A DNA stretch of 64,000 bases from Somniosus microcephalus (taxonomy: Eukaryota): NCBI GenBank assembly GCA_052327205.1, contig CM126212.1, positions 142,910,001-142,974,000 of the forward strand. Direction: 5' to 3'. The notes beneath the pieces are model-generated. The model saw only the letters and a list, made by a program, of their open reading frames with translations, made no database searches and was not told the origin of the DNA. Shown here piece after piece: positions 23,791 through 36,247 of this stretch (positions are counted from its first letter, which is position 1; every line of letters starts with the position of its first letter). Made by a program: the position numbers and the translations under genes.

Positions 23791-24689
23791 CCCTCTGTGG
23801 GCCCCACCCAACAACAACAACAACAACAATAAGCATATGGCTAAAACATATGGGATATTTTCCAATCAGAATCAGTGATACTTCGCCTCTGTCTTGAACT
23901 GGGCGTATACCAAGCAATCAGGCACTCTTTCTTGGGATGGTCAGAGCACAAAGTGCCCAACCCAAGCTGCACAGTATCCCAGCCACGAGGGACATCAATC
24001 CCAGCCACTTGACCACCAGAATGCAGATCCCAGTCTCCTTGTCCCCAGATCTAACCAACACCCCGAGCTCAAGACCAAACAAACTGCCTCAACCCCTTCA
24101 ATCTGCATTGTTTCCAATGCCAGCATAGTAAAGCCAAACAACTTGATTGTACAATGCATATGAAAGGAATGCATTGGTGCAATCAACATGTGCAATAACT
24201 GCATAAAATAAATATATTGCAACACAATAACATTTTTAAATAGCCAAAGGATCCCAATGGAAAAAAACGGTGGGCTGTATTTAAGTGTCAGCTTAAGGTA
24301 TCATTCTCACTTCTGAGTCAGATAGTCATCAGTTCAAGCCCCACTCTAGAGATTTGAGCACATACTGAGGGAGTGCTGCAGTGTCTTATGGATGAGACAA
24401 TAAACCGAGGCCCGTCTGCCCCCTCAGGTGGACGTAAAATTTACACATTCTTAAAACTTCCAAAATCCAAGACAAGACAAAAGGGTTAAGCGGCTTTTAA
24501 CAGAGAAGTGGGTGGAGCTAAAACACACATAACAGACACTTTTTGTTTTAAAGACAGACTTTCACAGAAAAGGAATACTGTAACTTCTTAAACATTCATA
24601 GTCAGGAAAACTTTCACACTTTAACACACACTTTCACACAAACTGATATTCCAGCATTTTTTTAAGGTTCCTTTTACTCAGCAAATCTT

Positions 24690-27353
24690 GTGTATCTGAA
24701 TGCATTTGTAATAAGGTAGACGAATTAACAGCGCAAATAGATGTAAACAGATACGATATAATTGCGATTACGGAGACATGGCTGCAGGGTGACCAAGGCT
24801 GGGAGCTGAATATCCAAGGGTATTCGATATTTAGGAAGGACAGGCAAAAAGGAAAAGGAGGTGGGGTGGCGTTGATAGTAAAGGATGAAATCAGAGCAAT
24901 AGTGAGAAAGGATATTGGCTCAGAAAATCAAGATGTAGAATCAGTCTGGGTGGAGCTAAGAAGCACCAAGGGGCAGAAAACATTGGTGGGAGTTGTCTAT
25001 AGGCCTCCAAACAGTAGTGGTAATGTAGGGGATGGCATCAAACAGGAAATTAGAGATGCATGTAACAAGGGTACTACAGTAATCATGGGTGACTTTAATC
25101 TACATATAGACTGGCCAAACCAAATTAGCAATAATACTGTGAAGGATGAATTCCTAGAGTGTGTACAAGATTTTTTTTTAGACCAGTACGTTGAGGAGCC
25201 AACTAGGGAACAGGCTATCCTAGATTGAGTATTGTGCAATGAAAAGGGGTTAATTAATAATCTTCTTGTGCGGGGTCCTTTAGGGAAGAGTGACCATAAC
25301 ATGATAGAAATCTTCATTTAGATGGAAAGTGAAGTAGTCCAATCTGAAACTAGGGTCCTAAATCTAAACAAAGGAAACTATAAAAATGAGGAGTGAGTTG
25401 CCAGAAAAAGTAGCAAGCCCGAGGATTGCGAGCAGTTTAGAATTCAGCAAAAAAGGACCAAGAGATTGATTAAGAGGGGAAAAATAGAGTATGAGAGTAA
25501 ACTTGCAAGGAACATAAAAGCAGACTGTAAAAGCTTCTACAAGTATGTAAAAAGAAAAAGATTAGTGAAGACAAATGTAGGCCCCTTACAGTCAGAAGGG
25601 AGAATTTACAATGGGGAACAAGGAAATGGCAGAGCAATTAAACAAATACTTTAGTTCTGTCTTCACGGAAGAGGACACAAATAACTTCCCAGAAATGCTA
25701 GGGAACCAAGGATCTAGTGAGAAGGAGGAATTAAAGGAAATTAGTATTAGTAAAAAAATAGTGCTGGAGAAATTAATGGGACTGAAAGCCGGTAAATCCC
25801 CAGGGCCTGATGATCTGCATCCCAGAGTACTAAAAGAGGTAGCCATGGAAATAGTGGATGCATTGGTTGTCATCTTCCAAAATTCTGTAGATTATGGAAC
25901 AGTTCCTGCAGATTGGAGGGTGGCAAATGTAACCCCACTATTTAAAAAAGGAGGGAGAGAGAAAACAGGGAACTACAGACCGGTTAGCCTAACATCAGTA
26001 GTAGGGAAAATGCTAGAGTCTATTATAATGGATGTAATATCAGAACACTTAGACAATATCCACGGGATTAGACAAAGTCAACATGGATTTATGAAAGGGA
26101 AATCGTGTTTGACAAACCTACTGGAGTTTTTTGAGGATGTAACTGGTAGAATAGTTAAGGGAGAACCAGTGGATGTGGTGTATTTGGATTTTCAGAAGGC
26201 CCTTGATAAAGTCCCACATAAGAGGTTAGTGTGCAAAATTAAAGCACATGGGATTGGGGGTAATATACTGGCATGGATTGAAAATTGGTTAACAGACAGG
26301 AAACAGAGGTCTTTTTCGGGGTGGCAGGCGGTGACTAGTGGGGTACCGCAGGGATCAGTGCTTGGGCCCCAGCTATTCACAATATATATCAATGATTTGG
26401 ATGAGGGAACCAAATGTAATATTTCCAAGTTTGCTGACGACACGAAACTAGGTGGGATTGTGAGTTGTGAGGAGGATGCAAAGAGGCTTCAAGGCGATTT
26501 AGACAAGTTGAGTGAGTGGGCAATACATGGCAGATGCAGTATAACGTGGATAAATGTGAAGTTATCCACTTCGGTAGGAAAAACAGAAAGGCAGAGTATT
26601 ATTTAAATGGTGATAGATTGGGAAATGTTGATGTACAAAGGGACCTGGGTGTCCTTGTACACCAGTCACTGAATGCAAACATGCAGGTGCAGCAAGCAGC
26701 TAGGAAGGCACATGGTTTGTTGGCCTTCATTGCAAGAGGATTTGAGTACAGGAGCAAGGATGTCTTACTACAGTTATACAGGGCCTTTTGTGAGACCACA
26801 CCTGGAGTACTGTGTGCAGTTTTGGTCTCCTTACCTAAGAAAGGATATACTTGCCATAGAGGGAGTGCAGCAAAGGTTCACCAGACTGATTCCTGGGATG
26901 GCAGGACTGTCATATGAGGAGAGATTGGGTCGACTAGGCCTGTATTCACAAGAGTTTAGAAGAATGAGAGGGGACCTCATTGAAACGTATAAAATTCTGA
27001 CAGGGCTAGACAGACTGGATGCAGGGAGGATGTTTCCCCTGGCTGGGGGGTCTAGGATGAGGGGTCACAGTCTCAGGATAAGGGGTAGGGCATTTAGGAC
27101 TGAGATGACGAGAAATTTCTTCACTCAGAGGGTGGTGAACCTGTGGAATTCTCTACCACAGAAGGCTGTGGAGGCCAAGTCACTGAATATATTTAAGAAG
27201 GAGATAGATAGATTTCTAGACACAAAAGGCATCAAGGGGTATGGGGAGAGAGCGGGAATATGGTATTGAGTTAGAGGATTAGCCATGATCATATTGAATG
27301 GCGGAGCAGGCTCGAAGGGCCCATTCTTGCTCCTATTTGTCTATGTTTCTATG
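24690..27353 (+). mobile_element. 5'-truncated CR1 LINE (subfamily B), ORF2 disrupted
   Basis: Endonuclease and RT ORFs 24866, 25611, 26516, 26673; CTATGTTTCTATG tail. Confidence 0.93.
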
Positions 27354-27354
27354 T

Positions 27355-28419
27355 CTCACCACAGACATTAATAACTTCCATGTCGGTAAAACTTGAAGTT
27401 TCTCTTTTTTTTTAAATCGGCATCTCAGCAGCTTTTCCTGGTTTTCCAAATCCCTGTTTTTCCCTTTTTTGCCGAGTATTCAGATTGGTTAGCTTGCAAA
27501 TTAGTTTTTTTTCCTTCTCTATCTCCCCCCTCTCTCCTGCACTTTATGCTTCACCTCCTTCAGGCTATCTATCAACTGTTCCCCGTGATATGCCAGCGCC
27601 ATTGTATTTCTGGTTTTACTTTTTAACATGCTCTTTCCCGCTCCCTTCTTTCAGAGAGAAAAATACTTAGTCTAAGCAACGATCACGTGCGTTTGACCAA
27701 GTCCCCGCGGTCCCCCCAGCCAGAACCTTACAACTCCCAACTCTGTGATCCCACTTCTGACTAAGATTTGGATCACAGGTCACACACAGATTATCCAAAG
27801 GGTCTTAGGAGTTGTAAGGCTTTTTATTAAAGAGCTACAGTTTAAAGCATAATCAGATATTACTGCATGCGATTGAAATAAATACAGTAGACACAGAACC
27901 CATGACAGATGAGGGCGATCTACGGCCCTGGAACGGAACGAAACAACCGGATGGACGGTTGTTGGAGGTGTTAGACCATCAGCCACCTCGGGGAAGCTTT
28001 CGCCCCTAACTGCCTGATTTCCTCTCTCAGTCGTCTATATTTATAGTTATTTCGGTGGGCTGGTGATTACCTGGTGTCAATCATTTGTTCCCCATCCTAT
28101 TGTCCAATTACAAGGGAGAGGTTACCTATGAAAGCCCCCTCCCAGCCTCATGAGGTCATTTTCCTCCTTACCTCTCTTCTAAAGGTCTTGTTGCCCTCTC
28201 AGACAGCTTGTTTATCCTACAGCTCCTTCCTGCAACCCTTATCAGCCCTAGTTATGCCCACTCGAAGGCCTGTTTTTTGTTCTGACCTCGTAATTCAGCT
28301 CGCTGTACAGCTATTTTCTGACATGACTGGAATCTTTCTGTGTCATCAACTTAAGGCAGACTGCTGATCCAGGGAACCCGTAACAGACCATTATTTCTTT
28401 CAATCCACGATTTCTTACA
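27355..28419 (-). mobile_element. Truncated LTR retroelement: LTR (28419 to ~27765), partial tRNA-Leu PBS, possible gag start
   Basis: TGTAAGA start, TATAAAT and AATAAA on minus strand, GTCAGAAGTGGGATC at 27747-27761 matches the tRNA-Leu(CAA) 3' end, ATG at ~27603 (MALAYHGEQLIDSLKEVK). Confidence 0.55.
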
Positions 28420-29094
28420 TGGCACTATTCGAAGACGACCGGGGCGTTCTCCAATATATATCCCTCAATTAAAAGGGACGCTGGAGGCAACCATCAAAAA
28501 CGTATGGTTAGCTTACCAGAATGTGGAGGCGAGAGGAGCAGGAGTGCTCCTTCTGGCTCCACAGCAGTCCCAAACTCCATTGCCGGCCCACTCCCGATCA
28601 CCTCCCTGCCACCTGAGGGCTGCTGCCAGGGGGAATGCTGGCCCAACTCTGTCCTTATGGAGCCGTTGAACTGTCTCTGGACGCCCAATTGGCCTCCGCA
28701 GCTCGCCGCCAATAGGTTGATGAGGCAGAATTTTGGGTAAGCCTCAGGCATCTGGTGTACGCCGGTGAATTCAGGCCCGAAAACGGGTTGCAACAAATTT
28801 CTACCCCACAGCCTCCAATGCCATTTTTAAGTACAGGTTTTCCCTATTTAAAACTGGACAAAAACTAAAATCCCTATTTTCGTCATGGCTCTCTTACGAA
28901 CTGAAACCCACGTCTTTGTTCTCTACCACATTGGTGTTGGCTAATGCCCAGGTCTAACAATTTTCCCCAACTGTGGTAAACTGCTCAATGGCTAGATGAC
29001 TATTAGGAGCAGAAAGACCCAAACAACGTAGTGAAACAGTACAATTTGAGATACCTACTGTAATCCACTCTCCTTGTCCACTCTCCCAAACCCT

Positions 29095-29615
29095 GTAATA
29101 TGCTAGTTTTTCATGGAACTACCTAATTCCCTCTTATACGAATTTGCAGACTCTGCTTCAACAGGGCTTTGTGGCAGGAATTCCACCATCTTACTGCATA
29201 GAATCATACTGCACAGAAGGAGGCCATTTGGCCCATCATGCCTGTGCCGGCTCTTTGAAAGAGCTATCCAATTAGTCCCACTCCTCTGCTCAATCCCCTT
29301 AACCGTGCACATTTTTCCTTTTCAAGTATGTATCCAATTCCCTTTTGAAAGTTACTATTGAATCTGCTTCCGCCACCCTTTCAGGCAGTGCATTCCAGAT
29401 CGTCACAACCCGCTGCATCAAAAAATCTCCCCCCTGGTTCTTTTGCCAATTATCTTAAATCTGTGTCCTCTGGTTATCGACCCTCCTGCCAGTGGAAACA
29501 ATTTCTCCCCATCTACTTTATCAAAATCTTTCATAATTTTGAACACCTCTATTAAATCTCCCCTTAACTTTCTCTGCTCTTAAGGATAACAATCCTGGCT
29601 GCTCTAGTCTCCCCA
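29095..29615 (-). repeat. Decayed CR1-type LINE 3' fragments
   Basis: WNSLP/WNALP-type 3' region and GGCCCATCATGCCTGTGCC 3' UTR motif. Confidence 0.65.
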
Positions 29616-30419
29616 TAGAACATGCAAGTCACACACGTTCATGCAATACCTTCACCAGAGCCAAAAAGCTCGCAGCTAGACTTGGGACTCCTGTATGCTC
29701 CTGATCTGTTTTGATGTAAAGCAATTTCTGTTAAGAAGTCAAGCATACAAAATGTTGACAGTCTTTAGCAAACAATGGGGAAATAGCTTGTATTTCCTCT
29801 CCTTTCAACCAGACTGCATTTACACTGGGCCACAAGAGATATTTCATCTCCGTTTGTCAAATTGGATACATTAACACTGTACACGCGCTGACCCAGCCAT
29901 CAAGCGGAATCCTTTTACCCAGAGAGTCTGTGTCTTCCATTTTGCATCGAGCAAAGAGCAGCTTCCATTTTAGACGGTAACTATTTTAAATCTAAACAAG
30001 AATCAAAGACATTACTCCACCGCCGCCCCCCCCCCACCTCAGCAGAGACTTCTCATGAGGGGCCACTAACTCATCACTCACGAGAACCAAGACCACGTTC
30101 TACTCTTGATGGAACGGCTGGCCAATGATACACCTCAATAATTTTAGTCAGCATGCAAAGTTTAACCAAATTAAGGGATTGTGGTCAAGGTGGTAAACCA
30201 GGTGCCATTTAAGTATGGGTACAAACCCTGTAACACCCAAACCACACTGGCACACTCCCTGTGACTGCTGATTTTCTAACATCACAGCTCACTAATCCAA
30301 CCAGGTGTCCCTACCCTAGGTCATTCAACTGACTCAACAGTTGCAATACTGTAAATGGCCGCAGGCTTGGGCCACATGGACAATATCTCAATCCCGCGTA
30401 CACTAGTAGGCAGCCTTTT

Positions 30420-31030
30420 CAACAACAACTTTATTTATATAGCGCCTTTAACATAGTAAAAAGGCCCAAAGTGCTTTCACAAGAGCGTTATCAGACAAAA
30501 TTTGACATTAAGCCACATAAGGAGATATTAGGACAGATTTTTTATTTATACATACATATATAGATATAGATAAATGGATGTAGATACATCTGAACCTTCA
30601 GTGATATATGTTTCTATATGTATATCTGCATCTCTGTTTATATAAAAGCTGTACTTGTACAACTGCCTGTAGTGTTCACTATGGTTGTACTGCTCAAAGT
30701 TCACTTTTGTTCACCATTTTGCATCTCTTATGCTTCTTTGCAGCAGGAGCTTTCTTCGACAGGCTAACAGTTGCCATGGAGCTGGGGCGAGGCAAGAAAT
30801 CAGGGATGCATAAGAGGCCAAAATTGGAGGAGCGCAGAGATCTTGGTGGGTTGTTGAGCTGGAGCAGGTTACAAAGATAGGGAGGGGCGAGGTCATGATG
30901 GGATTTGAAAACAAGGATGAGAATTTTAAATTTGAGGTGTTGCCGGACCAGGAGCCCATGTACGTCAGTGAGCACAGGGGTGATGGGCGAACGGGACTTG
31001 GTGCGCGTTATGATACGAGCAGCAGAGTTT
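30420..31030 (-). repeat. L2 LINE 3' fragment, interrupted
   Basis: HGLLVRQHLKFKILILVFKSHHDLAPPYLCNLLQ...PPRSLRSS and GCGCTATATAAATAAAGTTGTTGTT tail. Confidence 0.8.
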
Positions 31031-31616
31031 CAGCTCCAAGCTGAGGTTTCTGACTCTGGACACGAAGTACTTTGAAGCATTAACCGCACTACATTCTCAG
31101 AGATAAGAGAACATGTCACCCATGTCACATTCAATGACTGAGCACCGGAACTGTGCTCTGACATTCCCTTTGCTGGAGAAGATTAAGAACTGCCTTTCAG
31201 TGCAGGATGTTTATCAGTATGACAGGCTGTAGCAAGGCTTTGGTGAGCTGCCATTTTCAATAAATCTTCAGATTGTGTTTTCATTTCACTGTCAGTGCAT
31301 TGCTGATGTGCTTTAAGCCATCGCGTTATGCCGTCAATTTATAAAACAGACACTCAATGTAGAAAAACAAAGATTTCCATTTGATTTTGGGTAGCAATTA
31401 TGCATAGTAATCAGGGCTGTCGCCATTCGACAAATCCTAGATGTGAGCCCTCTGCCTGAGATGCTGCCTCACAGCATTAATATAACCATGGCTAAAAGCA
31501 ACAAGCTGTGCCAGTCACATGGGCTGCAGGGTTCAGAATACATTCTTCTCCCTTTTCCCTACCTTTTCTCCCTTCAGATCCATTGCTGGCTTTGGGAGTT
31601 GTGAGTGTTTACTCTT

Positions 31617-31930
31617 GCCAGCTTGGCTCAGTTGATAGCGCTCTTAAGTCAAAAGGGGGTGAGTCCAAGCCCCACTCCAGGACGTGACAGCTTCATCTAG
31701 GCTGACACTTGGGTGCAGTACTGAGGGAGTGCTGCACTGCTGGAGGTCCTGTTCTTCTGATGAAGTATTAAACTGAGGCCTCGTCTACCTGTCCAGGTGG
31801 ACGCAAGAGATCCCAAAGCACTCTTTGAAGAGGAGCAGAGCGTCCTCCCAGTGCCCTGGCCAACATTCCTCCTTCAACCAACACCACCAAAACCGATCAA
31901 TGATAATTCATCTCATTGCTGTTTGTGGGA
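31617..31930 (+). mobile_element. tRNA-headed SINE, 5' two-thirds
   Basis: Same head and body as 18655-19104. Confidence 0.8.
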
Positions 31931-33090
31931 CAAGCTGCACCGCACCACCGCATACCATCCGCAAGCGAATGGCCTGTGCGAGCGGTTCCATCGGTCGCTC
32001 AAGGCGTCACTCCGGGCCAGCTTGCATGGTTCCAACTGGGTGGACAGACTCCCCTGGGTGTTACTAGGCCTTCGAACAGCCCCCAAGGATGATCTCCAGT
32101 CTTCATCGGCCGAGTTAGTCTACGGCCAGCCGCTTCGAGTACCAGGTGACTTTATCCCTTCACACACGGAATCGTGGTCTGCGGCTCAGCAGCTCCTCCA
32201 GCATCAGGAGGTGGCCAAGAATTTCCTGCCTATTCCAACCTTGAATCACAACCTACAGAGGCCTCATGTCTCGGCAGAGCCAATGAGCTCTGAGTATGTT
32301 TTTATTCGGCAGGACGCTCACAGAGGCCTGTTAAAACCACCTTATGCTGGACCGTTTCGTGTCATCTCATCGGGTGAAACTTTTTTCACGGTGGACGTCG
32401 GTGGCAAACCAGATACCATCTCTATCAACCGACTTAAACCGGCCCATCTCGATCGGAGTGAACCAGTCGTTGCTGCTCAACTGCCTCGCCGTGGTCGACC
32501 TCCGTTGACCGCCAGACCAGCTCGGCATCAGCCCGCCAGTGAACCGCCTGCATCGGTTTCCACGTCGCCTACACTAGCACCTCATTTCCTCCACGCCTGT
32601 CGTGCCGCTCCAGACGCAGCCAAGAACCGACTCGTCCTTCAACGCTCCATTCCCGCTGCCTGAGTTTCGCCGTCGCTCGACCAGGCTTATCAAGCCTCCT
32701 GTTCATTTGTCACTGTCTGTTAAAGAGCATTCTGGGGGGGCGCCTGTGGCGGAGCCACTAAGAGACTCAGAACATTTGAGAATAATCTCTTTAACTGCAT
32801 TGTAGTGCAGCCACGTACTGCACCTTTAAACTGTTTGTTAACTATACTGTATGTACCTTCCTATACCCTGCGTGATGACATCATGACGCCGATCACGTGA
32901 CCGCCAGTGGCGCGAAGAACACGATGACGTCATGACGTCGGTTTCCAGAACCTTCCAGCAGTCTTCAAGTGCCTCGCAGCCTGAACAGACCTGTATACAT
33001 CTTCTCCTGCAGTTTACTAGTTAACTTCGTTATTAAACTTTGTTGTTTTGATTTACTGAGTCGAACTGCAATTATTCTGATAGGAACTAC
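31930..33090 (+). mobile_element. Gypsy 3' remnant: integrase C-terminus, PPT and 3' LTR (32745 to ~33090)
   Basis: TTAYHPQANGLCERFHRSLK, LPWVLLGLRT, LKPPYAGPFRV (GPY/F-type), INRLKPAH; G-run before TGTGGCGG. Confidence 0.85.
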
Positions 33091-33479
33091 CGTTCCTACA
33101 CTATCTTATATTTATGGCCCCGAGTGGGGAGTTCAAAATAAGTGGAAACATCTTCTTTATGTCAGCCCTAGAGAAGCGGTTTCCACGTGTGGGGTAGTCC
33201 CACTGACATGTTCTGTAACAGCTGCACTGTGGGATTGTACGTGTTTGCATGAACACATTCAGGCACGTGTTTGAAGGGCCCCGCCGGTGCTCCGATCACG
33301 TGCCGGGAGGATGGCACAGGGTCGCAGCATCAGGGAAAGGAAATCGGCTGAACCAGCAGGGGAGCGCTCCTTGCACAGTGAGTGAGAGCTGTGGGCCTCT
33401 GTGAGGAGGTGGGCCCAGCCTTTGAGAATAATTCGCAAGAACTGAATCAGTGTCGGTTTTATAAAGAGGGGCAGGCTTG

Positions 33480-33561
33480 AAATTACCTCCGGCCGCGGAC
33501 CCCCTGGAAAGCCACTACAGATCCCCCCAGGGGTCCACGGACCCCAGTTTGAGAACGACTG
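33480..33561. mobile_element. Probable hAT/Charlie-type MITE terminus
   Basis: GGGTCCACGGACCCCAGTTTGAGAACGACTG resembles CAGTGGTTCTCAAAC-type TIRs; partner end not found. Confidence 0.4.
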
Positions 33562-33935
33562 ATGTCGTTGACCGCGTCAGAGGCTGCAGAGAGCTCAAGG
33601 AGGGACAATGCACTATAACTACAGTCCCAGAGAAAGTCTTTTTTCATCTTGCCCAGGGCCGTTTTCGCGTTGTGGGAGGGGGCGGAGAGATTCCAGCAGG
33701 GAGTTGTGGGTGAAGTGGGCACGGATCTGGCAGGTAACATGTTCAAGGGCCTTGGAGAGGAAAGGGAAGTTGGAGAAGAGGAGGTAGTTACCGAGAACAG
33801 ACGGGTTGAGGGGGGTGTTTTTTTTGGGAGGAGGTGAGAACAGTGGTTTTGAAAGGGAATGGGTGGGGGTCAGTGTCGGCGGAAAGGGAATAATTTACCA
33901 TGTCAGCTAACATGAGGGTCAGGAAGGGAAAGTGA
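33562..33935 (-). repeat. Decayed L2 RT fragment
   Basis: NYLLFSNFPFLSKALEHV...PSHNAKTALGKM. Confidence 0.7.
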
Positions 33936-34634
33936 AGAAGGAACATTGAAAACATGAATGATTCCTGCTCCCAGCAATGGAATTTTTGATCAGCAGCAGA
34001 TTGCAGAACTTAATTTTGCTTTCGTTTTCCAGAGGCCCTCCCTGAAGGAGGAAGCCCAGAGAGAGAAAAGAGAGAGAGAGCGAGAGAGAAACTTCTCCAA
34101 CCAGAAAGAAAGAAATAATTCTTTAGGTTGCGTCTGGCCTCTGACTGAAACCACGAACTGGGAAAAGCAGTTAAACACCTATCAAGAAGACAGGTAATTA
34201 GCTGTGCTTAAGGACATGCAGCGGATGTTCTGCTCGTATGCCCAAGAGTGTTAATGTCTCCTGTTGAGAATCTCACTCCAGTAACTGAATCGTAATCTAT
34301 TTGGATGTATCACAAAAAAGCCCTGCTTAAGTGCAGTCTGCATAAGATTTGTTTCCTTCCATTGTACAGCTGTCGGTATTCTTATTTAGTGGAGGCGAGA
34401 GAGAGAGAGAGAGAGACATAAAAGAAAAAGAGAACAAGAGGAACAGTGAAAGGGAACAGGGAGAAAAAGAGAGAACAAGAGACAGAGTGAGGGCAGAAAG
34501 AGAAATAACAGTCAGCGAGGGAAGAGAGGATGACACAGTGACAAAGAAAATTTTACAGTGGGTCTCACTCAAAATCCCAAAATGTTACATGTATAATTAA
34601 TTATTTTTTTGAAGTACAGTCTGTATTTTTTTTT

Positions 34635-34885
34635 ATTCATTCATGGGATCTGGGCATCGCTGGCAAGGCCAGCATTTATTGCCCATCCCTAGTTGCCCTT
34701 GAGAAGGTGGTGGTGAGCCGCCTTCTTGATCCACTGCAGTCGGTGTGGTGAAGGTACTCCCACAGTGCTGTTAGGGAGGGAGTTCCAGGATATTGACCCG
34801 GCGACGAGGGAATGGCGATATACTTTGAAGTCAGGATGGAGTGTAACTTGGAAGGGGTGGTGGTCCCAGAGGTATGAGTTGCCAC
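34635..34885 (-). repeat. CR1/L2-group LINE 3' fragment
   Basis: Same family as 1540 and 17325. Confidence 0.75.
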
Positions 34886-34969
34886 CTGTACTCTTCGGAG
34901 TTGGCCTGCTCGCGGGCTCTCTGATATTAGTGGGAGTTACAACCGGTCAGTAAAAGTCTGATGTTCAAT

Positions 34970-35190
34970 TGCTGGCCAATATTTATCTCTCAACCAACAT
35001 AACAAAAAACCAGATTATCTGGTCATTAGCACATTGCTGTTTGTGGGAGCTTGCTGTGTGCAAAGTGACTGCCGCTTTTCCCACATTACAACAGTGACTA
35101 CACATCAAAAAGTACTTCATTGGCTTTAAAGTGCTTTGAGACGTCCAGTGGTCGTGAAAGGCGCTATATAAATGCAAGTCTTTTTTTTTC
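34970..35190 (+). mobile_element. SINE 3' half
   Basis: Body and GCGCTATATAAATGCAAGTC tail match the other SINE copies. Confidence 0.8.
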
Positions 35191-36247
35191 TTTTTGCTCT
35201 TAGAATTGGCACCTCCTCAATTCGGATTTCAGGACGCCAGTGGCCTTGAACAGCTCCCAGTGTTTTGGTGGCTGCCTGCCTTAGCGGACCTAACGAGCAT
35301 ACTCTGGTGATGCCACCGGCTACACAGGACTGCACGTCAGAAGTCAGTGGCAATGCGACAGCCGCTGTAAGCACCATCGACGCTGCAGTTGAGCAGGCCC
35401 CCCTTGGTACTGTGCAGGTAGCTCCTGGTAGATCTGATGGCCCCTGGATGCTAACAGCACCTTTTATACTGGAAGTGGTTCCGTAATTCCGTCAACTTCG
35501 CTTGGAGGCAAATTCGCTCCCTGCATGGAGTGCGGAGTGGCTTCAGCCACAGTGGGACAACTGCACTCGTGCCTGCGTGTATGCTAGTGACAATCTGGCC
35601 GCAAACTTCACACCCCACCCCGTCCCGATACCAGAATGAGAAGCAGGAGGCCAGCAAAGGAGAAGTTGAAGCAAAAGAAAGAAATTGCATTTATATAGCG
35701 CCTTTTTCCACCTCAGGATGTCCCAAAGCGCTTTACAGCCAATGAAGTAGTTCTGAAGTGTAGCCACTGCTGTAATGTAGGAAATGCGGCAGCCTATTTC
35801 TGCATAGCAAGATCCCACAAACAGCAATGTGATAATGACCAGATAATCTAATTTTTTTTGTGATGTTTGTTGAGGGATAAATATTGACCAGGACACCGGG
35901 AAGAACTCCTCTGCTCTTCTTCGAAATAGTGCCGTGGGATCTTCTACGTCCACCTGAGAGAGCAGACAGGGCCTCGGTTTAACGTCTCATCCGAAAGACG
36001 GCACCTCCAACAGTCCAGCACTCCCTCAGTACTGCACTGAAGTATCGGTCTGGATTTTGTGCTCAAGTCTCTGGAGTGTGACTTGAACCCACAACCTTCT
36101 GACTCAGAAGCGAGGGTGCTGCCCACTTTTTTTTAATTTTTTTAAATTATACTTTATTGAACATTAAGAACATTTACAACATCGTGATCATTACATTGTA
36201 TGATACAAATCAATTCCACACAGCCATTCCGCCACCACATTTTAACA

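Larger units (their letters stand above)
24287..28470 (+). mobile_element. tRNA-headed SINE split into 24287-24439 and 28420-28470 by nested insertions
   Basis: ...CAGGTGGACGTAAAA resumes as TGGCACTATTCGAAGA at 28420, nearly contiguous in the intact SINE copies. Confidence 0.6.

Noticed and set aside
31797-32663. Novel 288-aa protein
   Set aside because: Chance fusion of SINE sequence (GTG start) to a Gypsy integrase C-terminal remnant at a deletion junction
32870-32945. CRE/E-box palindrome cluster as a host enhancer
   Set aside because: It lies within a Gypsy LTR, where such motifs are ordinary
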